Shown: positions 9,246 to 21,674 of the stretch, piece after piece
Layout: the number at the start of each line of letters is the position of its first letter
Numbering within the stretch: position 1 is the stretch's first letter
Assembly: GCA_021810565.1 (NCBI GenBank)
Contig: JAJZIM010000003.1
Span: 8,911-72,910 of the forward strand
Direction of reading: 5' to 3'
Source: Bacillota bacterium
GTDB lineage: Bacteria; Bacillota; Sulfobacillia; JAJZIM01
DNA: 64,000 bases
The notes under the pieces: generated by a model
The model's database searches: none
Told to the model about the DNA's origin: nothing
Seen by the model: only the letters and a program-made list of their open reading frames with translations
Position numbers and translations under genes: made by a program

Positions 9246-9580
9246 CGCCGCGATTGGAGGACCTGCCCGACGTGCTGACCGTGCGGGAGGTGGCCGACGT
9301 CCTGCGGGTTAGCCAGTCCACGGTCTACGAGCTGGTGCGCCGCCGGCGGCTGCGCGCCGTCCGGTGCGGCATCGGCCGGCAGGGGGGCGTGCGCATCACG
9401 CAGTCCGTCCTGCGGGAGTACCTGGGACTGCCCATACCCCCGCGCACGGCGGCGGACGCGGCGGCCGCCGATCGCGGCAAGCTGGTGTTCCTGCCGACCC
9501 GCGGGGAGGAGCCGCCGGGCGCCGCGGCGAAGTCTCCCGGCAGCCGAAGCCCCGCCCGGCCGGGGAGGGGAAGCCGGTGA
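9242..9580 (+). CDS. excisionase-family HTH (HTH_17) DNA-binding protein
   Basis: 'LTVREVADVLRVSQSTVYELVRRRRLRAVRCG'. Confidence 0.7.
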   Translation: MTPRLEDLPDVLTVREVADVLRVSQSTVYELVRRRRLRAVRCGIGRQGGVRITQSVLREYLGLPIPPRTAADAAAADRGKLVFLPTRGEEPPGAAAKSPGSRSPARPGRGSR

Positions 9581-10692
9581 GGGGAACGATCCGAAAGGTT
9601 CCGGGAAAGCGGGGCGTCAGCTATGAGGTGAGGCTGGACTACCCCAGAGGCCCCGACGGGAGGCGCCGCCAGGCGTGCCGCCGTTATAAAGGACGGCGCG
9701 AGGCGGAGGACGCCCTGGCGCACATGCTGGCGGAGGCGCGGGACGGCGTGCCGATCGCCACGGAGCGGCTGACGGTGAACCAATACCTGGATCAATACCT
9801 GGAGGCCGTGCGGGGAACCGTGCGGGAGTCCACCCTGCGGGGCAAGCGGCGGATGCTGTCCTATTGGCGGCCGTTGCTTGGCGCCGCGCCCCTGGCGAAA
9901 CTGCGCCCGATGGACGTGCAGCGCGCGGTCGGCGCCCTGCCGGAGCGGCTTGCCATGGCGACGCGCACGGAGGCGTTCCGCGTCCTGCGCACGGCGCTTC
10001 GCCAGGCGGTCCGCTGGGGCATGCTGGCGCGGGACCCCACCGACGGCGTGCGGCCGCCGAAGGGCCCCGTGCGGGAGATGCGCGTGTGGTCGAGGGACGA
10101 GGCGGCCGCCTTCCTCCGGAGCGCGAAGGGGCGCAGGCTGTACCCCCTCTTCGCGCTGGCGCTGGCCACCGGGATGCGGGAGGGCGAACTGCTGGCCCTG
10201 CGATGGGACGACGTGGACCTGGCGGCGCGGGAGGTGTCCGTGCTGCACACCCTGCACTACCCGGACGCCGGCCCGTGGAGCCTGGCGGAACTCAAGACGC
10301 GAAGCAGCCGCCGCAAGGTGGCCGTGAGCCGGGAGGTGGCGGACATGCTTCGCGCCTGGCGCAGGCGCCAGAACGCCGAGCGGCTGGCGGCGGGCCCGGC
10401 GTGGGAGGACGACGGCCTGGTCTTCTGCGGGCCCCGGGGGCGCCCCCTGCGGCCTTCCGACGCCATCCACGCCTTCCACCGCGCGGCCAAGGCGGCCGGC
10501 CTGCCGCGCATCCGGTTCCACGACCTGCGGCACACCCACGCGACCGACCTCCTGGCGCGGGGCGTTCCCGCGCCGGAGGTGGCGGCGCGGCTGGGACACT
10601 CCAACCCAGCCGTCACCATGAGGGTCTACGCCCACGCCACCGCCGAGACGCGCGACGCCGCGGTGCGCGCCCTGGACGGACTCCCGTGGTAG
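9577..10692 (+). CDS. tyrosine-type site-specific recombinase (phage integrase family)
   Basis: GTG after GGGGAGGGGA. Catalytic region 'RFHDLRHTHATDLLARG' and 'VTMRVYAHAT' (R..H..R..Y). N-terminal SAM-like core-binding domain. Confidence 0.85.
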   Translation: MRGTIRKVPGKRGVSYEVRLDYPRGPDGRRRQACRRYKGRREAEDALAHMLAEARDGVPIATERLTVNQYLDQYLEAVRGTVRESTLRGKRRMLSYWRPLLGAAPLAKLRPMDVQRAVGALPERLAMATRTEAFRVLRTALRQAVRWGMLARDPTDGVRPPKGPVREMRVWSRDEAAAFLRSAKGRRLYPLFALALATGMREGELLALRWDDVDLAAREVSVLHTLHYPDAGPWSLAELKTRSSRRKVAVSREVADMLRAWRRRQNAERLAAGPAWEDDGLVFCGPRGRPLRPSDAIHAFHRAAKAAGLPRIRFHDLRHTHATDLLARGVPAPEVAARLGHSNPAVTMRVYAHATAETRDAAVRALDGLPW

Positions 10693-10828
10693 CCGATTGA
10701 GGGAGAATACCTCCGCCCATACGGCCGCGAAGCCCCGCGCCGCCGGCGTCCGCGGCCGCCGAAACGCGCCGCGCGTGACAATGCGTGATAGAATGAGGGA
10801 GTTTTTCCAGAACGGTTCCACCGGGGAG

Positions 10829-12880
10829 TCAAGAAACCCAGTCCCCGTGCGGCTTTGTCGGCACCCGCTCCACCTGCACCAGGTTGGTGTGGAAGGTGGC
10901 GCCGCCGCCCAGGTCCGCCAGGGCGTCGGAGGTGGTGGCGTTGCAGCTCCGCCCCTCGGGGTGGGTTCCCAGGTGCCAGCCGCCGGGGCTCACGGCCACC
11001 CCGGGGCGGGTGTGGTCGCCCACCCGGGCCGTGGCCCGGAAGGCGCCGCGGTCGTTGTGGATCCGGATCGCGTCGCCGTCGGCGATGCCGCGCGCCGCCG
11101 CGTCGGCGGGATGCAGGAAGACGTGGGGCGTCCCTTCCCTTTCCCGCGCCCACGGGAGCTCCCCGTAGGTGGAGTTCAGGAAATGGTGGGCGGCGGGAGT
11201 CACCAGGTGCAGCGGATAGCGCTGGTGCAGGGCGGGGGATCCCTCCCGGCTCTCCGCCGGCGGCGCCCAGTCCGGCACCTGGGCGAGGTCCACCCGGCCG
11301 TCGGGGGTGGCGAAGCCGTCCCGAAAGGGGACGTGGGGGCGCTGGGGCGTGTTCAGGCGCACCCAGTATTCCCGGCGCAGCCGCTCCAGGGTGACGCCCG
11401 CGAGGAAGGGGTGTCCCGAGGACAGGGCCTGCTCCGCCAGGTCCCAGTCGGAGTCGGCGAAGGCGTCCTCGGTGAAGCCCATGGCCCGCGCCAGGAGGCG
11501 GAAGGCCTCGGTGTTGGGCTTGGCCTCGCCCCGGGGGGCGATGCACGGCTGGTTGAGTCCCAGGTACAGGTGCCAGTAGGAGGTGTGCAGGTCCAGGTGC
11601 TCCAGCTGGGTGGTGGCCGGCAGCAGCACGTCGGCGAAGCGTCCCGTGTCGCTGACCCACTGGTCGTGGACCACCATGAACAGGTCCTCCCGGGACAGCC
11701 CCGCCAAGACCAGGTTCTGGTGGGGAGCCACCACCGCCGGGTTGGCGTTGTACACGTGCAGGGCCCGCACCGGGGGCGAGGCCTGGGTGAGGGCCTCCCC
11801 CAGGCGGTTCATGTTGATGCTGCGCACCGGCCCCGGGGCCAGCTCGGGCCGCTCCAGGAGCGCCGTGTTCAAGGGGAAGGCGCCGGAGTTGGACAAAAGC
11901 AGGCCGCCGCCCGGATCCCGCCACGCCCCCGTCAGGGCGGGCAAGAGGCTGATGGCGCGCACGGCGGCGCCGCCGTGGGTGTGCCGCTGCACGCCGTAGC
12001 CCAGGCGGACCAGGGCGGGGCGGGTGTGGGCCCATAGGCGGGCCAGCTCGCGGATGTCCGCCGCGTCCAGCCCGCACCGCTCGGCGCAGCGCTCCACCGG
12101 GTGGGCGGCCAGGTGCCGGGCGAGCGCCTCCCGGCCGCGGGTGTGGCGGGCCAGGTAGTCCCGATCCTCCCAGCCCCGGTCCAATATCTCCCGCATGATC
12201 CCCAGGGCCAAGGCCACGTCGGTGCCGGGCAGCGGCGCCAGGTGCCAGTCGGAGCGGCGGGCGCCGGCGTGGCGGTAGGGGTCGATGGTCACCAGCAGGG
12301 CGCCGCCTTTTTGCGCCTCGCGGGCGGCGAGCCAGCCGTGCAGGTTGGTGGAGAAGGGGTTTTGGCCCCAGAAGACGATGAGGCGGTTGTCCGCCATGGC
12401 TTCTGGGTCGGCTCCCTGGCGCGTGCCCAGCACCCGGTTCAAGGCCTGCGAGCCGGCGGCAGAGCAGATGGTACGCTCCAGGCGGGAGGCGCCCAGGCGG
12501 TGGAAGAAGCGCCGGTCCATGCCGGCGGACTGCAAAACGCCGTGGGTACCGTAATAGCTGTAGGGGAGGATGGCCGCGGGGCCGTCTTGGGCCGCGATCC
12601 GCCGGTAGCGCCGGGAGATGAGCTCCAGGGCCTCTTCCCAGGAGGCCTCCCGGAACTCACCGGCGCCCTTGGGGCCGGTGCGGATGCGCGGGGTCAAAAG
12701 CCGCTGGGGTCCGTAGACCCGATCCAGGTAGCGGCGCACCTTGGCGCAGACCACGCCCCGGGTGACGGGGTGGTCGGGATCCCCCTCGATCCGGACGGCG
12801 CGGCCGTCGGACACCTCCACCCGCAGGGCGCAGGCATCCCAGCAGTCGTGGGGGCACACGGCGCTCAGGTGGCTGGTCAA
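10829..12880 (-). CDS. molybdopterin oxidoreductase (MopB superfamily; formate dehydrogenase/anaerobic dehydrogenase-like)
   Basis: N-terminal 4Fe-4S motif 'CPHDCWDAC'. 683 aa. MopB-like blocks throughout. Confidence 0.8.
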   Translation of the reverse strand: MTSHLSAVCPHDCWDACALRVEVSDGRAVRIEGDPDHPVTRGVVCAKVRRYLDRVYGPQRLLTPRIRTGPKGAGEFREASWEEALELISRRYRRIAAQDGPAAILPYSYYGTHGVLQSAGMDRRFFHRLGASRLERTICSAAGSQALNRVLGTRQGADPEAMADNRLIVFWGQNPFSTNLHGWLAAREAQKGGALLVTIDPYRHAGARRSDWHLAPLPGTDVALALGIMREILDRGWEDRDYLARHTRGREALARHLAAHPVERCAERCGLDAADIRELARLWAHTRPALVRLGYGVQRHTHGGAAVRAISLLPALTGAWRDPGGGLLLSNSGAFPLNTALLERPELAPGPVRSINMNRLGEALTQASPPVRALHVYNANPAVVAPHQNLVLAGLSREDLFMVVHDQWVSDTGRFADVLLPATTQLEHLDLHTSYWHLYLGLNQPCIAPRGEAKPNTEAFRLLARAMGFTEDAFADSDWDLAEQALSSGHPFLAGVTLERLRREYWVRLNTPQRPHVPFRDGFATPDGRVDLAQVPDWAPPAESREGSPALHQRYPLHLVTPAAHHFLNSTYGELPWAREREGTPHVFLHPADAAARGIADGDAIRIHNDRGAFRATARVGDHTRPGVAVSPGGWHLGTHPEGRSCNATTSDALADLGGGATFHTNLVQVERVPTKPHGDWVS

Positions 12881-13049
12881 CGGCTCACCTCCCGTCGCGC
12901 CCGGTCGCCGGGATCATTTCCCGGCGGCGGTCCCGATTTGTCGGCCCGAGCCCATTCTATCCCATGCCGATGGTGGGGACAAGCGGCTTGACAAGGGTCG
13001 CCTGCCGTGATATTTTAATCCCTGAAACTTTCAAAGGGAGAAATGTTCC

Positions 13050-13502
13050 GTGACAGAGCGGGAGCAGCTGATGGCGCAAGTGCTGGACGCCGTGTCCCGG
13101 TTGCGCCGCGGGTGGATCTGCCGGCTGAAGCAGCAGGGGAGCCGCCTGGGGGTGGGCGTGGGGCAGCTGGCCTTCCTGCGCTTTCTGGAGCAGCAGGGCA
13201 GCCTCACCGCCGGGGAGGTGGCGGAGCATGTGGGCGTGGCGCCCAGCGCCGTCACGGCCATGACGGACCGGCTTTGCGCCCAGGGGATCGTGGAGCGGGT
13301 GCGGGACACCGACGACCGGCGCCAGGTGCGCCTGAGCCTCACGAACCGGGGGCGCGAGGTGGTGGGACGCCTTATCCGGGAATTGCGGGAGAACACCTTG
13401 GATCGTCTGGACGATCGGGACCTGCGGGACCTGGAGCGCATCCTGGGCAAACTGGAGACGGGACTGCGGGGGGAAGGGAAGGGGAAGCACGATGCGGACT
13501 AA
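13050..13502 (+). CDS. MarR family transcriptional regulator
   Basis: wHTH 'LTAGEVAEHVGVAPSAVTAMTDRLCAQGIVERVRDTDDRRQVRLSLTNRG'. Confidence 0.8.
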   Translation: MTEREQLMAQVLDAVSRLRRGWICRLKQQGSRLGVGVGQLAFLRFLEQQGSLTAGEVAEHVGVAPSAVTAMTDRLCAQGIVERVRDTDDRRQVRLSLTNRGREVVGRLIRELRENTLDRLDDRDLRDLERILGKLETGLRGEGKGKHDAD

Positions 13503-14760
13503 GCTTATCGCGGGAGGAGTGGTGGCCCTCCTGGTGCTGGCTGGCGGCACGTGGGCGCTGCTGTCCAGGACGGCCGTGCCCGCGGACGGTCCCGTGTTCA
13601 CCGGCGGGGCGGTTCGGGCGGCGGCCTTGGTCCTGCCGGGCGAGGTCCAGGTGTCCTCCCACCGGCGGGCCGCCCTGTCCTTCCAGGTGAGCGGCACCCT
13701 GAAGACGATATACGTGCGGGTGGGCCAGCGGGTGAAGGCCGGCCAGGTGCTGGCTGTGCTGCACGCCGCGAACTACCGCCGCGCGGCGGCCCAGGCGGCG
13801 GCGGGTCTGACCCAGGCCCAGGCGCAGCTGGCCCGGGTGGAGGCGCCGCCCACCTCCCGGCAGCAGGCCCAGTATGCGGCGCAGCTGGCCGCGGCCAAGG
13901 CTGCCTTGGAGAACGCCCAGACGGGCTGGGCCGACGCCCAGGCCTCCTATGGGCAGGGGATGACCGACGCGAAGGACCAGCTGAGCTTGGCGCAGCAGAA
14001 TCTCGACGAGGCCCAGGCGGCATACAACGACGCGCAGCAGGGGGAGCAGGAGGCTAACCTACAGCTTACCCTGGCCCAGGAGGCCTACCCGGCCACGGCT
14101 TATCAGGTCGTCCAGGCCCAGGAGGCCTACGACCAGGCGGCGGGTGCCGCCTCCGGGGCGGCGGCGAAGCTGGCCGCCGACCAGACCGCCGTGCAGCAGG
14201 CCCAGGACGCGGTGAGCAACCCGGTGCAGTTGCAGGCCGCGCTGGACCAGGCCCGGGCCCAGTTGAACTCCGCTCAGCACGCCTACGACCAGGCCCAGGC
14301 CGCCTACGAGCTGGAGACGGGGCCGGCGCCCGCCACGGCGGTCGACGTGGCGCAGGCCGCGGTGAGCCAGGCCCAGGCGTCCTACGCGGCGGCCGAGCTG
14401 GCGGTGTCCGAGACGCGGCTGGTGGCGCCCTTCGCCGGTAGCGTCACCGCCGTGGACGGGGTGGTGGGAGGTTTTGCGGGTCCCCAGGCGCCCACGGTGG
14501 AGTTGGCGGCCATCAACCCGCACACCCTGCGGGTCTACGCCCAGGTGGCCCAGGAGAGCGTGGGGCAGGTGCACCCGGGGGCCCGGGTGGTCATCACCAG
14601 CCGCGACTTTCCGGGACGGCATTTCGCCGGACGGGTGCTCTCCGTGGCGCCGGCGGCCACGGCGGTGCAGGGGATCAGCACCTACCGGGTGAAGCTCGGC
14701 GTGGCGGGCAGGGGCGAACTGAAGCCGGGGATGAGCGTGGAGGTGCATTTCCCGTCGTGA
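13492..14760 (+). CDS. HlyD-family periplasmic adaptor (membrane fusion protein) with long coiled-coil
   Basis: N-terminal TM, Ala/Gln coiled-coil, C-terminal beta-barrel 'RLVAPFAGSVTAV'. Confidence 0.75.
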   Translation: MRTKLIAGGVVALLVLAGGTWALLSRTAVPADGPVFTGGAVRAAALVLPGEVQVSSHRRAALSFQVSGTLKTIYVRVGQRVKAGQVLAVLHAANYRRAAAQAAAGLTQAQAQLARVEAPPTSRQQAQYAAQLAAAKAALENAQTGWADAQASYGQGMTDAKDQLSLAQQNLDEAQAAYNDAQQGEQEANLQLTLAQEAYPATAYQVVQAQEAYDQAAGAASGAAAKLAADQTAVQQAQDAVSNPVQLQAALDQARAQLNSAQHAYDQAQAAYELETGPAPATAVDVAQAAVSQAQASYAAAELAVSETRLVAPFAGSVTAVDGVVGGFAGPQAPTVELAAINPHTLRVYAQVAQESVGQVHPGARVVITSRDFPGRHFAGRVLSVAPAATAVQGISTYRVKLGVAGRGELKPGMSVEVHFPS

Positions 14761-15398
14761 ACTTCAAGCAGGTGATGTTGCCGCTGCTCATCGGCCTTTT
14801 GGTCCTGGGGGCGGGAGTGGGCGGCTGGCTCTACTACCAAGGCTCCCACTACGTGACCACCTCCGACGCCCGGGTGGACGGCCACTTGGTGGCGGCGGTG
14901 CCCACCGCCGCCGGCAAGCTGCTTACCGTGCAGGCGCGGGTGGGGCAGGAGGTGACCGCCGGCCAGGTGCTGGCGGTGGAGCGGATCACCGGCGGGGGAG
15001 GCGCCCAGGCCGACGTGACCGCGCCGGTGTCCGGCACGGTGGCCACCGTGCCGGTGACGGCCGGGGAGGCGGTGGCCCCCGGGGAGACCGTGGTCACGGT
15101 GGTGGACCTGCGCCGCCTTTGGATCCAGGGGGACTTCAAGGAGACGGTGATCGCCCAGGTGCGCCCCGGACAGCAGGCGCTGATCAGCGTGGACGCCCTG
15201 CCCGGCAGGGTGCTGCACGGCGTCGTGGAGTACCTCCAGCCGGCCACCCAGTCGGTCTTCTCCCTGCTGCCGCCCATCCAGACCTCCGGCAACTACATCC
15301 CGGTGACGCAGCGGGTGCCGGTGCACATTCGGCTGGTCGACCCGCCGGCGGGGCTGGTGCCGGGAATGTCGGTCACCGTGCGGCTGGAACGTGGCTAG
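14757..15398 (+). CDS. HlyD/EmrA-family secretion protein
   Basis: GTGA overlap with the upstream gene. 'VTAPVSGTVATVPVTAGEAVAPGETVVTVVD' biotinyl-lipoyl-like hairpin. Confidence 0.7.
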   Translation: MNFKQVMLPLLIGLLVLGAGVGGWLYYQGSHYVTTSDARVDGHLVAAVPTAAGKLLTVQARVGQEVTAGQVLAVERITGGGGAQADVTAPVSGTVATVPVTAGEAVAPGETVVTVVDLRRLWIQGDFKETVIAQVRPGQQALISVDALPGRVLHGVVEYLQPATQSVFSLLPPIQTSGNYIPVTQRVPVHIRLVDPPAGLVPGMSVTVRLERG

Positions 15399-16032
15399 CC
15401 GGCAGCTGCCGGGGTGGCTGGCGGCCCTCCTGGTGGTGGTGGGCGCGGGAGTGATCGCTGGCTACTACTGGTACGAGGGGACCTACTTCGTGAGCACCGG
15501 CGCCGCCCACGTCTCGGTGCCGCGCCACGCCGTGCGGGCGCCGACCGCGGGCCGCCTGGTCTCCTTTGTCGCCCGGCCGGGGGAGGGGGTGGCCGCGGGC
15601 ACCGTGTTGGGGATCCTGGAAACCCGAGCGGGGACGGCGGAGCTGGCCGCCGGCAGCACTGGCACGGTGTTGGTTGCCTACGGCATCCGGGGGGAGACGG
15701 TGTCCCCGGGCCAGGTCCTGGCCTACGTGGGGGATCCCGCCCGGGCCTACGTCGTCGCGTGGGTCAGCGAGGACCGGCTGGCCGGGGTGCGCGTGGGCAT
15801 GCCGGCGCGGGTGAGCTTCCCCGCGCTGCCGGGCCGGAGCTTCCGCGGCACGGTTGAGGCCGTGGAGCGCAACACCCTCGGTGGCCAGTCGCCCCTTGTG
15901 CCCACCCCCGGCCCCTTCTCCAGCCGCGCCCAGTGGGTGCCGGTGCACATCGCCTTGCGGGGGGCGCCTTCCTTGGCGGCGGGGCTGTCTGCCCGGGTCA
16001 CCATCCTGCTGCACGGGGGTGGGGGCGCGTGA
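15391..16032 (+). CDS. HlyD/EmrA-family secretion protein (second paralog)
   Basis: Same architecture as 14757..15398. Overlaps its neighbours. Confidence 0.7.
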   Translation: MASRQLPGWLAALLVVVGAGVIAGYYWYEGTYFVSTGAAHVSVPRHAVRAPTAGRLVSFVARPGEGVAAGTVLGILETRAGTAELAAGSTGTVLVAYGIRGETVSPGQVLAYVGDPARAYVVAWVSEDRLAGVRVGMPARVSFPALPGRSFRGTVEAVERNTLGGQSPLVPTPGPFSSRAQWVPVHIALRGAPSLAAGLSARVTILLHGGGGA

Positions 16033-17534
16033 GCGAGGAGCGGCGCCTGCCCCTGGTGCCCCTGCTGGTGGCCCTCATCGGCGGCTTCATGGCCATCCTG
16101 GACGCCAGCATCGTCAACATCGCCATACCCACCATCATGAACGAGTTCGGGATCTCCCTGGACAAGGCGGAGTGGGTGATCACCGGCTACGCCCTGGCCT
16201 TGGGGGTGGTGGTGCCCCTGGCCGGCTGGCTGGGGGATCGCATGGGCTACAAGCAGCTGTACATCCTGTCCATCCTGGTGTTCACCGCCGGGTCGGCCCT
16301 TTGCGGGCTGTCCTGGAACATCTACGCCCTGATCTTCTTCCGGGTGCTGCAGGCCGTGGGGGGCGGCATGATCATGCCGGTGATCATGACCATGTCCTAC
16401 CGGATGGTCCATCCGGAGCGGCGCGGCGCGGCCATGGGCCTGTTCGGGGTGGCGGCCATGGTGGCCCCGGCCCTGGGTCCGACCCTGGGCGGTTACCTGG
16501 TGGAGTACGTGAACTGGCGCGCCATCTTCTACATCAATGTCCCCATCGGCATCATCGGGGTGATGCTGGCGGAGGAGTACCTGCCGGATCTGCCCCGGCC
16601 AGCGGCGGGCCCCTTCGACCTGAAGGGCTTCGTCACGGCGGGGGCGGGACTGTTCGCCCTGCTCTTCGCCCTGAGCGAGGGCCAGACCTACGGCTGGGGC
16701 TCGGAGCTCATCGTCTTGAGCTTCTATCTGGCGGCGGCCCTGCTGCTCCTCTTCGTGTATTATGAGCTGACCGCGGAGCACCCCATGTTGGACCTGCGAT
16801 TGTTCCGCTACCCCACCTTCACTCTGTCCCTGGTCCTGAGCGCGTTTGCCACCCTGGCCCTTTTCTCCGCCGTGTTCTACGTGCCGGTGTACCTGCAGAC
16901 CATTGCGGGGGTGGGGGCCATGCAGACGGGGCTGATCCTGATGCCCGCGGCCTTGGTGACGGCGGTGGCGATGCCCGTGGGGGGAGCCCTCTACGACCGC
17001 TTCGGGCCCAAGCTGCTGGCCTTTCTGGGATTTGCGGCCATGGCCTGGGGCACCTTCCTGCTGCACGGCATGGGCACCGCCACCCCGCTTTTGCTCATCG
17101 TCTGGTGGCTGGTGATCCGGGGGATCGGGATGGGCCTGGCCATGCCCATCCCCATGACCGCCGGCATGTCCGTGCTGCCCCTGGACCAGGTGAGCAGGGC
17201 CTCGTCCATCAGCAACATCGTGCAGCGCAGCGCCGCCGCCTTCGGTATCGCCGCCCTGACGGCCATGCTGCAGAACCAGCAGGCGGGCTTCGAGAACGAC
17301 CTGGCGGGCAGGCTCAATCCCGGCAGCCCCCAGGCCCAGGGTTTCCTGCAGGCCCTGGGCGGACCGGCGGGGGTGGCCCTGACCCGGCTCAGCCAACTGG
17401 TCCAGCAGCAGTCCTTCACCCAGGCCATGGACAACCTGTTCATCCTGACGGCCCTGGTGGCGGCTCTGGGCGGGGTGCTGGCCGTGTTCCTCAAGGCCCC
17501 CAAAAGGCGGCGCATGCCCATGGCTGGCGACTGA
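16029..17534 (+). CDS. MFS transporter, DHA2 (EmrB/QacA) family
   Basis: GTGA overlap. 'ILDASIVNIAIPTIMNEFG', 'LAGWLGDRMGYKQ', 14-TM-like layout. Confidence 0.85.
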   Translation: MSEERRLPLVPLLVALIGGFMAILDASIVNIAIPTIMNEFGISLDKAEWVITGYALALGVVVPLAGWLGDRMGYKQLYILSILVFTAGSALCGLSWNIYALIFFRVLQAVGGGMIMPVIMTMSYRMVHPERRGAAMGLFGVAAMVAPALGPTLGGYLVEYVNWRAIFYINVPIGIIGVMLAEEYLPDLPRPAAGPFDLKGFVTAGAGLFALLFALSEGQTYGWGSELIVLSFYLAAALLLLFVYYELTAEHPMLDLRLFRYPTFTLSLVLSAFATLALFSAVFYVPVYLQTIAGVGAMQTGLILMPAALVTAVAMPVGGALYDRFGPKLLAFLGFAAMAWGTFLLHGMGTATPLLLIVWWLVIRGIGMGLAMPIPMTAGMSVLPLDQVSRASSISNIVQRSAAAFGIAALTAMLQNQQAGFENDLAGRLNPGSPQAQGFLQALGGPAGVALTRLSQLVQQQSFTQAMDNLFILTALVAALGGVLAVFLKAPKRRRMPMAGD

Positions 17535-17541
17535 TCGGTTG

Positions 17542-17571
17542 TTGACAACAGGCCGTGGGGCCGGATAAAAT
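17542..17571 (+). promoter_or_regulatory. sigma-A type promoter of pyrG (TTGACA - 18 nt - TAAAAT)
   Basis: Read directly in the sequence. ~75 nt upstream of the pyrG ATG. Confidence 0.6.
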
Positions 17572-17597
17572 GAAAAGGGCCGCTGGAACGGCAAGGT

Positions 17598-17625
17598 GCC
17601 CCCGCCATCGGGGGCTTTTTGTTTT
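17598..17625 (+). terminator. pyrG leader intrinsic terminator/attenuator (GCCCCCG-CCAT-CGGGGGC + TTTTTGTTTT)
   Basis: Hairpin plus U-tract between the promoter and the pyrG start. The leader begins ...AAAAGGGCC. Confidence 0.6.
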
Positions 17626-17637
17626 ACCATTACATAA

Positions 17638-20692
<3,055 letters not shown>

Positions 20693-20706
20693 GGGAGGGA
20701 GCGGGG

Positions 20707-21324
20707 ATGGACGAGGCCTTCCGGGAGGCGGTCACCCCCTACGAGGATGCAGCGGCGGGCGTGCCCTGGCCCTGGAGCGTGCCCGACGGGGCTTGGAGCT
20801 GGGAGCTCTTCTGCGCCCTGCCCGAGGACGGCAACCGCTACGAGGTGGTCGGGGGGAGGCTGGAGATGGGCCCGCCGCCGCGAGTGATCCACCAGAGAGT
20901 GAGCGACAACCTATATGCCTTGGTGCGGGAATGGTCCCGGCGCACCGGGGCCGGAGAGGTCTTCGTTGCCCCCCTGGCGGTGATCCTCCCGAACACGGCA
21001 AGCTATTTGGAACCGGACCTCCTCTTCGTCGCCCGGGAGCACCGGTCAATCATCACCCCCGACCACGTGCAGGGGCCACCGGATTTGGTGGTGGAGATCC
21101 TGTACCCCGGCAGCGTCCGGGCCGACTGGGTGGACAAGAAGGCGGTGTACGAAAAGGCGCTCGTCCCCCGCTACTGGGTGGTGGATCCCGAGGCGAAAAC
21201 CCTGACCGCCTTCCGGTTGGCCGAGGGCAGGTACCAACTGGAGGGGCGGTGCACCGGCGAGGCATCCTTCACGCCGGAGGGCCTCCCGGACCTCGCGGTG
21301 GATCTGGCCGCGGTGTGGGACTGA
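20707..21324 (+). CDS. Uma2-family (DUF820) endonuclease, copy 1
   Basis: 'WSWELFCALPEDGNRYEVVGGRLEMGPPP ... PDLVVEILYPGS ... DKKAVYEKALVPRYWVVDP'. Confidence 0.8.
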   Translation: MDEAFREAVTPYEDAAAGVPWPWSVPDGAWSWELFCALPEDGNRYEVVGGRLEMGPPPRVIHQRVSDNLYALVREWSRRTGAGEVFVAPLAVILPNTASYLEPDLLFVAREHRSIITPDHVQGPPDLVVEILYPGSVRADWVDKKAVYEKALVPRYWVVDPEAKTLTAFRLAEGRYQLEGRCTGEASFTPEGLPDLAVDLAAVWD

Positions 21325-21334
21325 CGGGGAGCCC

Positions 21335-21661
21335 ATGAGTTCCGCCTGCCGCGGCGGGCGCGGGGACCATGGTTTACACGTGGATGATATGATCGTGGGG
21401 GGAGGTGCGTCGGCGATGGACGAGGAGGACCGCGCGGCGATCGCAGAAAAGTACCCCGAGGAATGGATAGCGCGCGCAGTCACGGCCGAAGACGAGATCG
21501 GGCAGACCTTGCGGGGGCGGGTCATAGCCCACGGCAAGGATCGGCAAGCAGTCAGCGCAGCCGAGCTTAGCTTCAGCAGGGATCACCTGGAAGCACTGAC
21601 CCACCTCTTTTTCAACGGACCGGTTCTCGACCAGGGCGCGGATGGGGTGGTGGGTTTCTAG
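21335..21661 (+). CDS. DUF5678-like small protein (likely start at ATG ~21416)
   Basis: 'AEKYPEEWIARAVTAEDEIGQTLRGRVIAHGKDRQAV' fits the DUF5678 pattern. RBS GGAGGTG lies 8 nt before the ATG at 21416. Confidence 0.45.
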   Translation: MSSACRGGRGDHGLHVDDMIVGGGASAMDEEDRAAIAEKYPEEWIARAVTAEDEIGQTLRGRVIAHGKDRQAVSAAELSFSRDHLEALTHLFFNGPVLDQGADGVVGF

Positions 21662-21674
21662 CGTGCACCACCGC

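Larger units (their letters stand above)
8711..10692 (+). mobile_element. integration/excision module (xis - Cys-rich ORF - xis - int, translationally coupled); marks one end of a putative integrated island
   Basis: Four same-strand genes with overlapping stops and starts. att sites were not identified. Confidence 0.55.

Noticed and set aside
10693-10828. Expected tRNA/attachment site next to the integrase 3' end
   Set aside because: I found no cloverleaf-like structure or tRNA 3' end in the 136-nt spacer. The att site remains unidentified.
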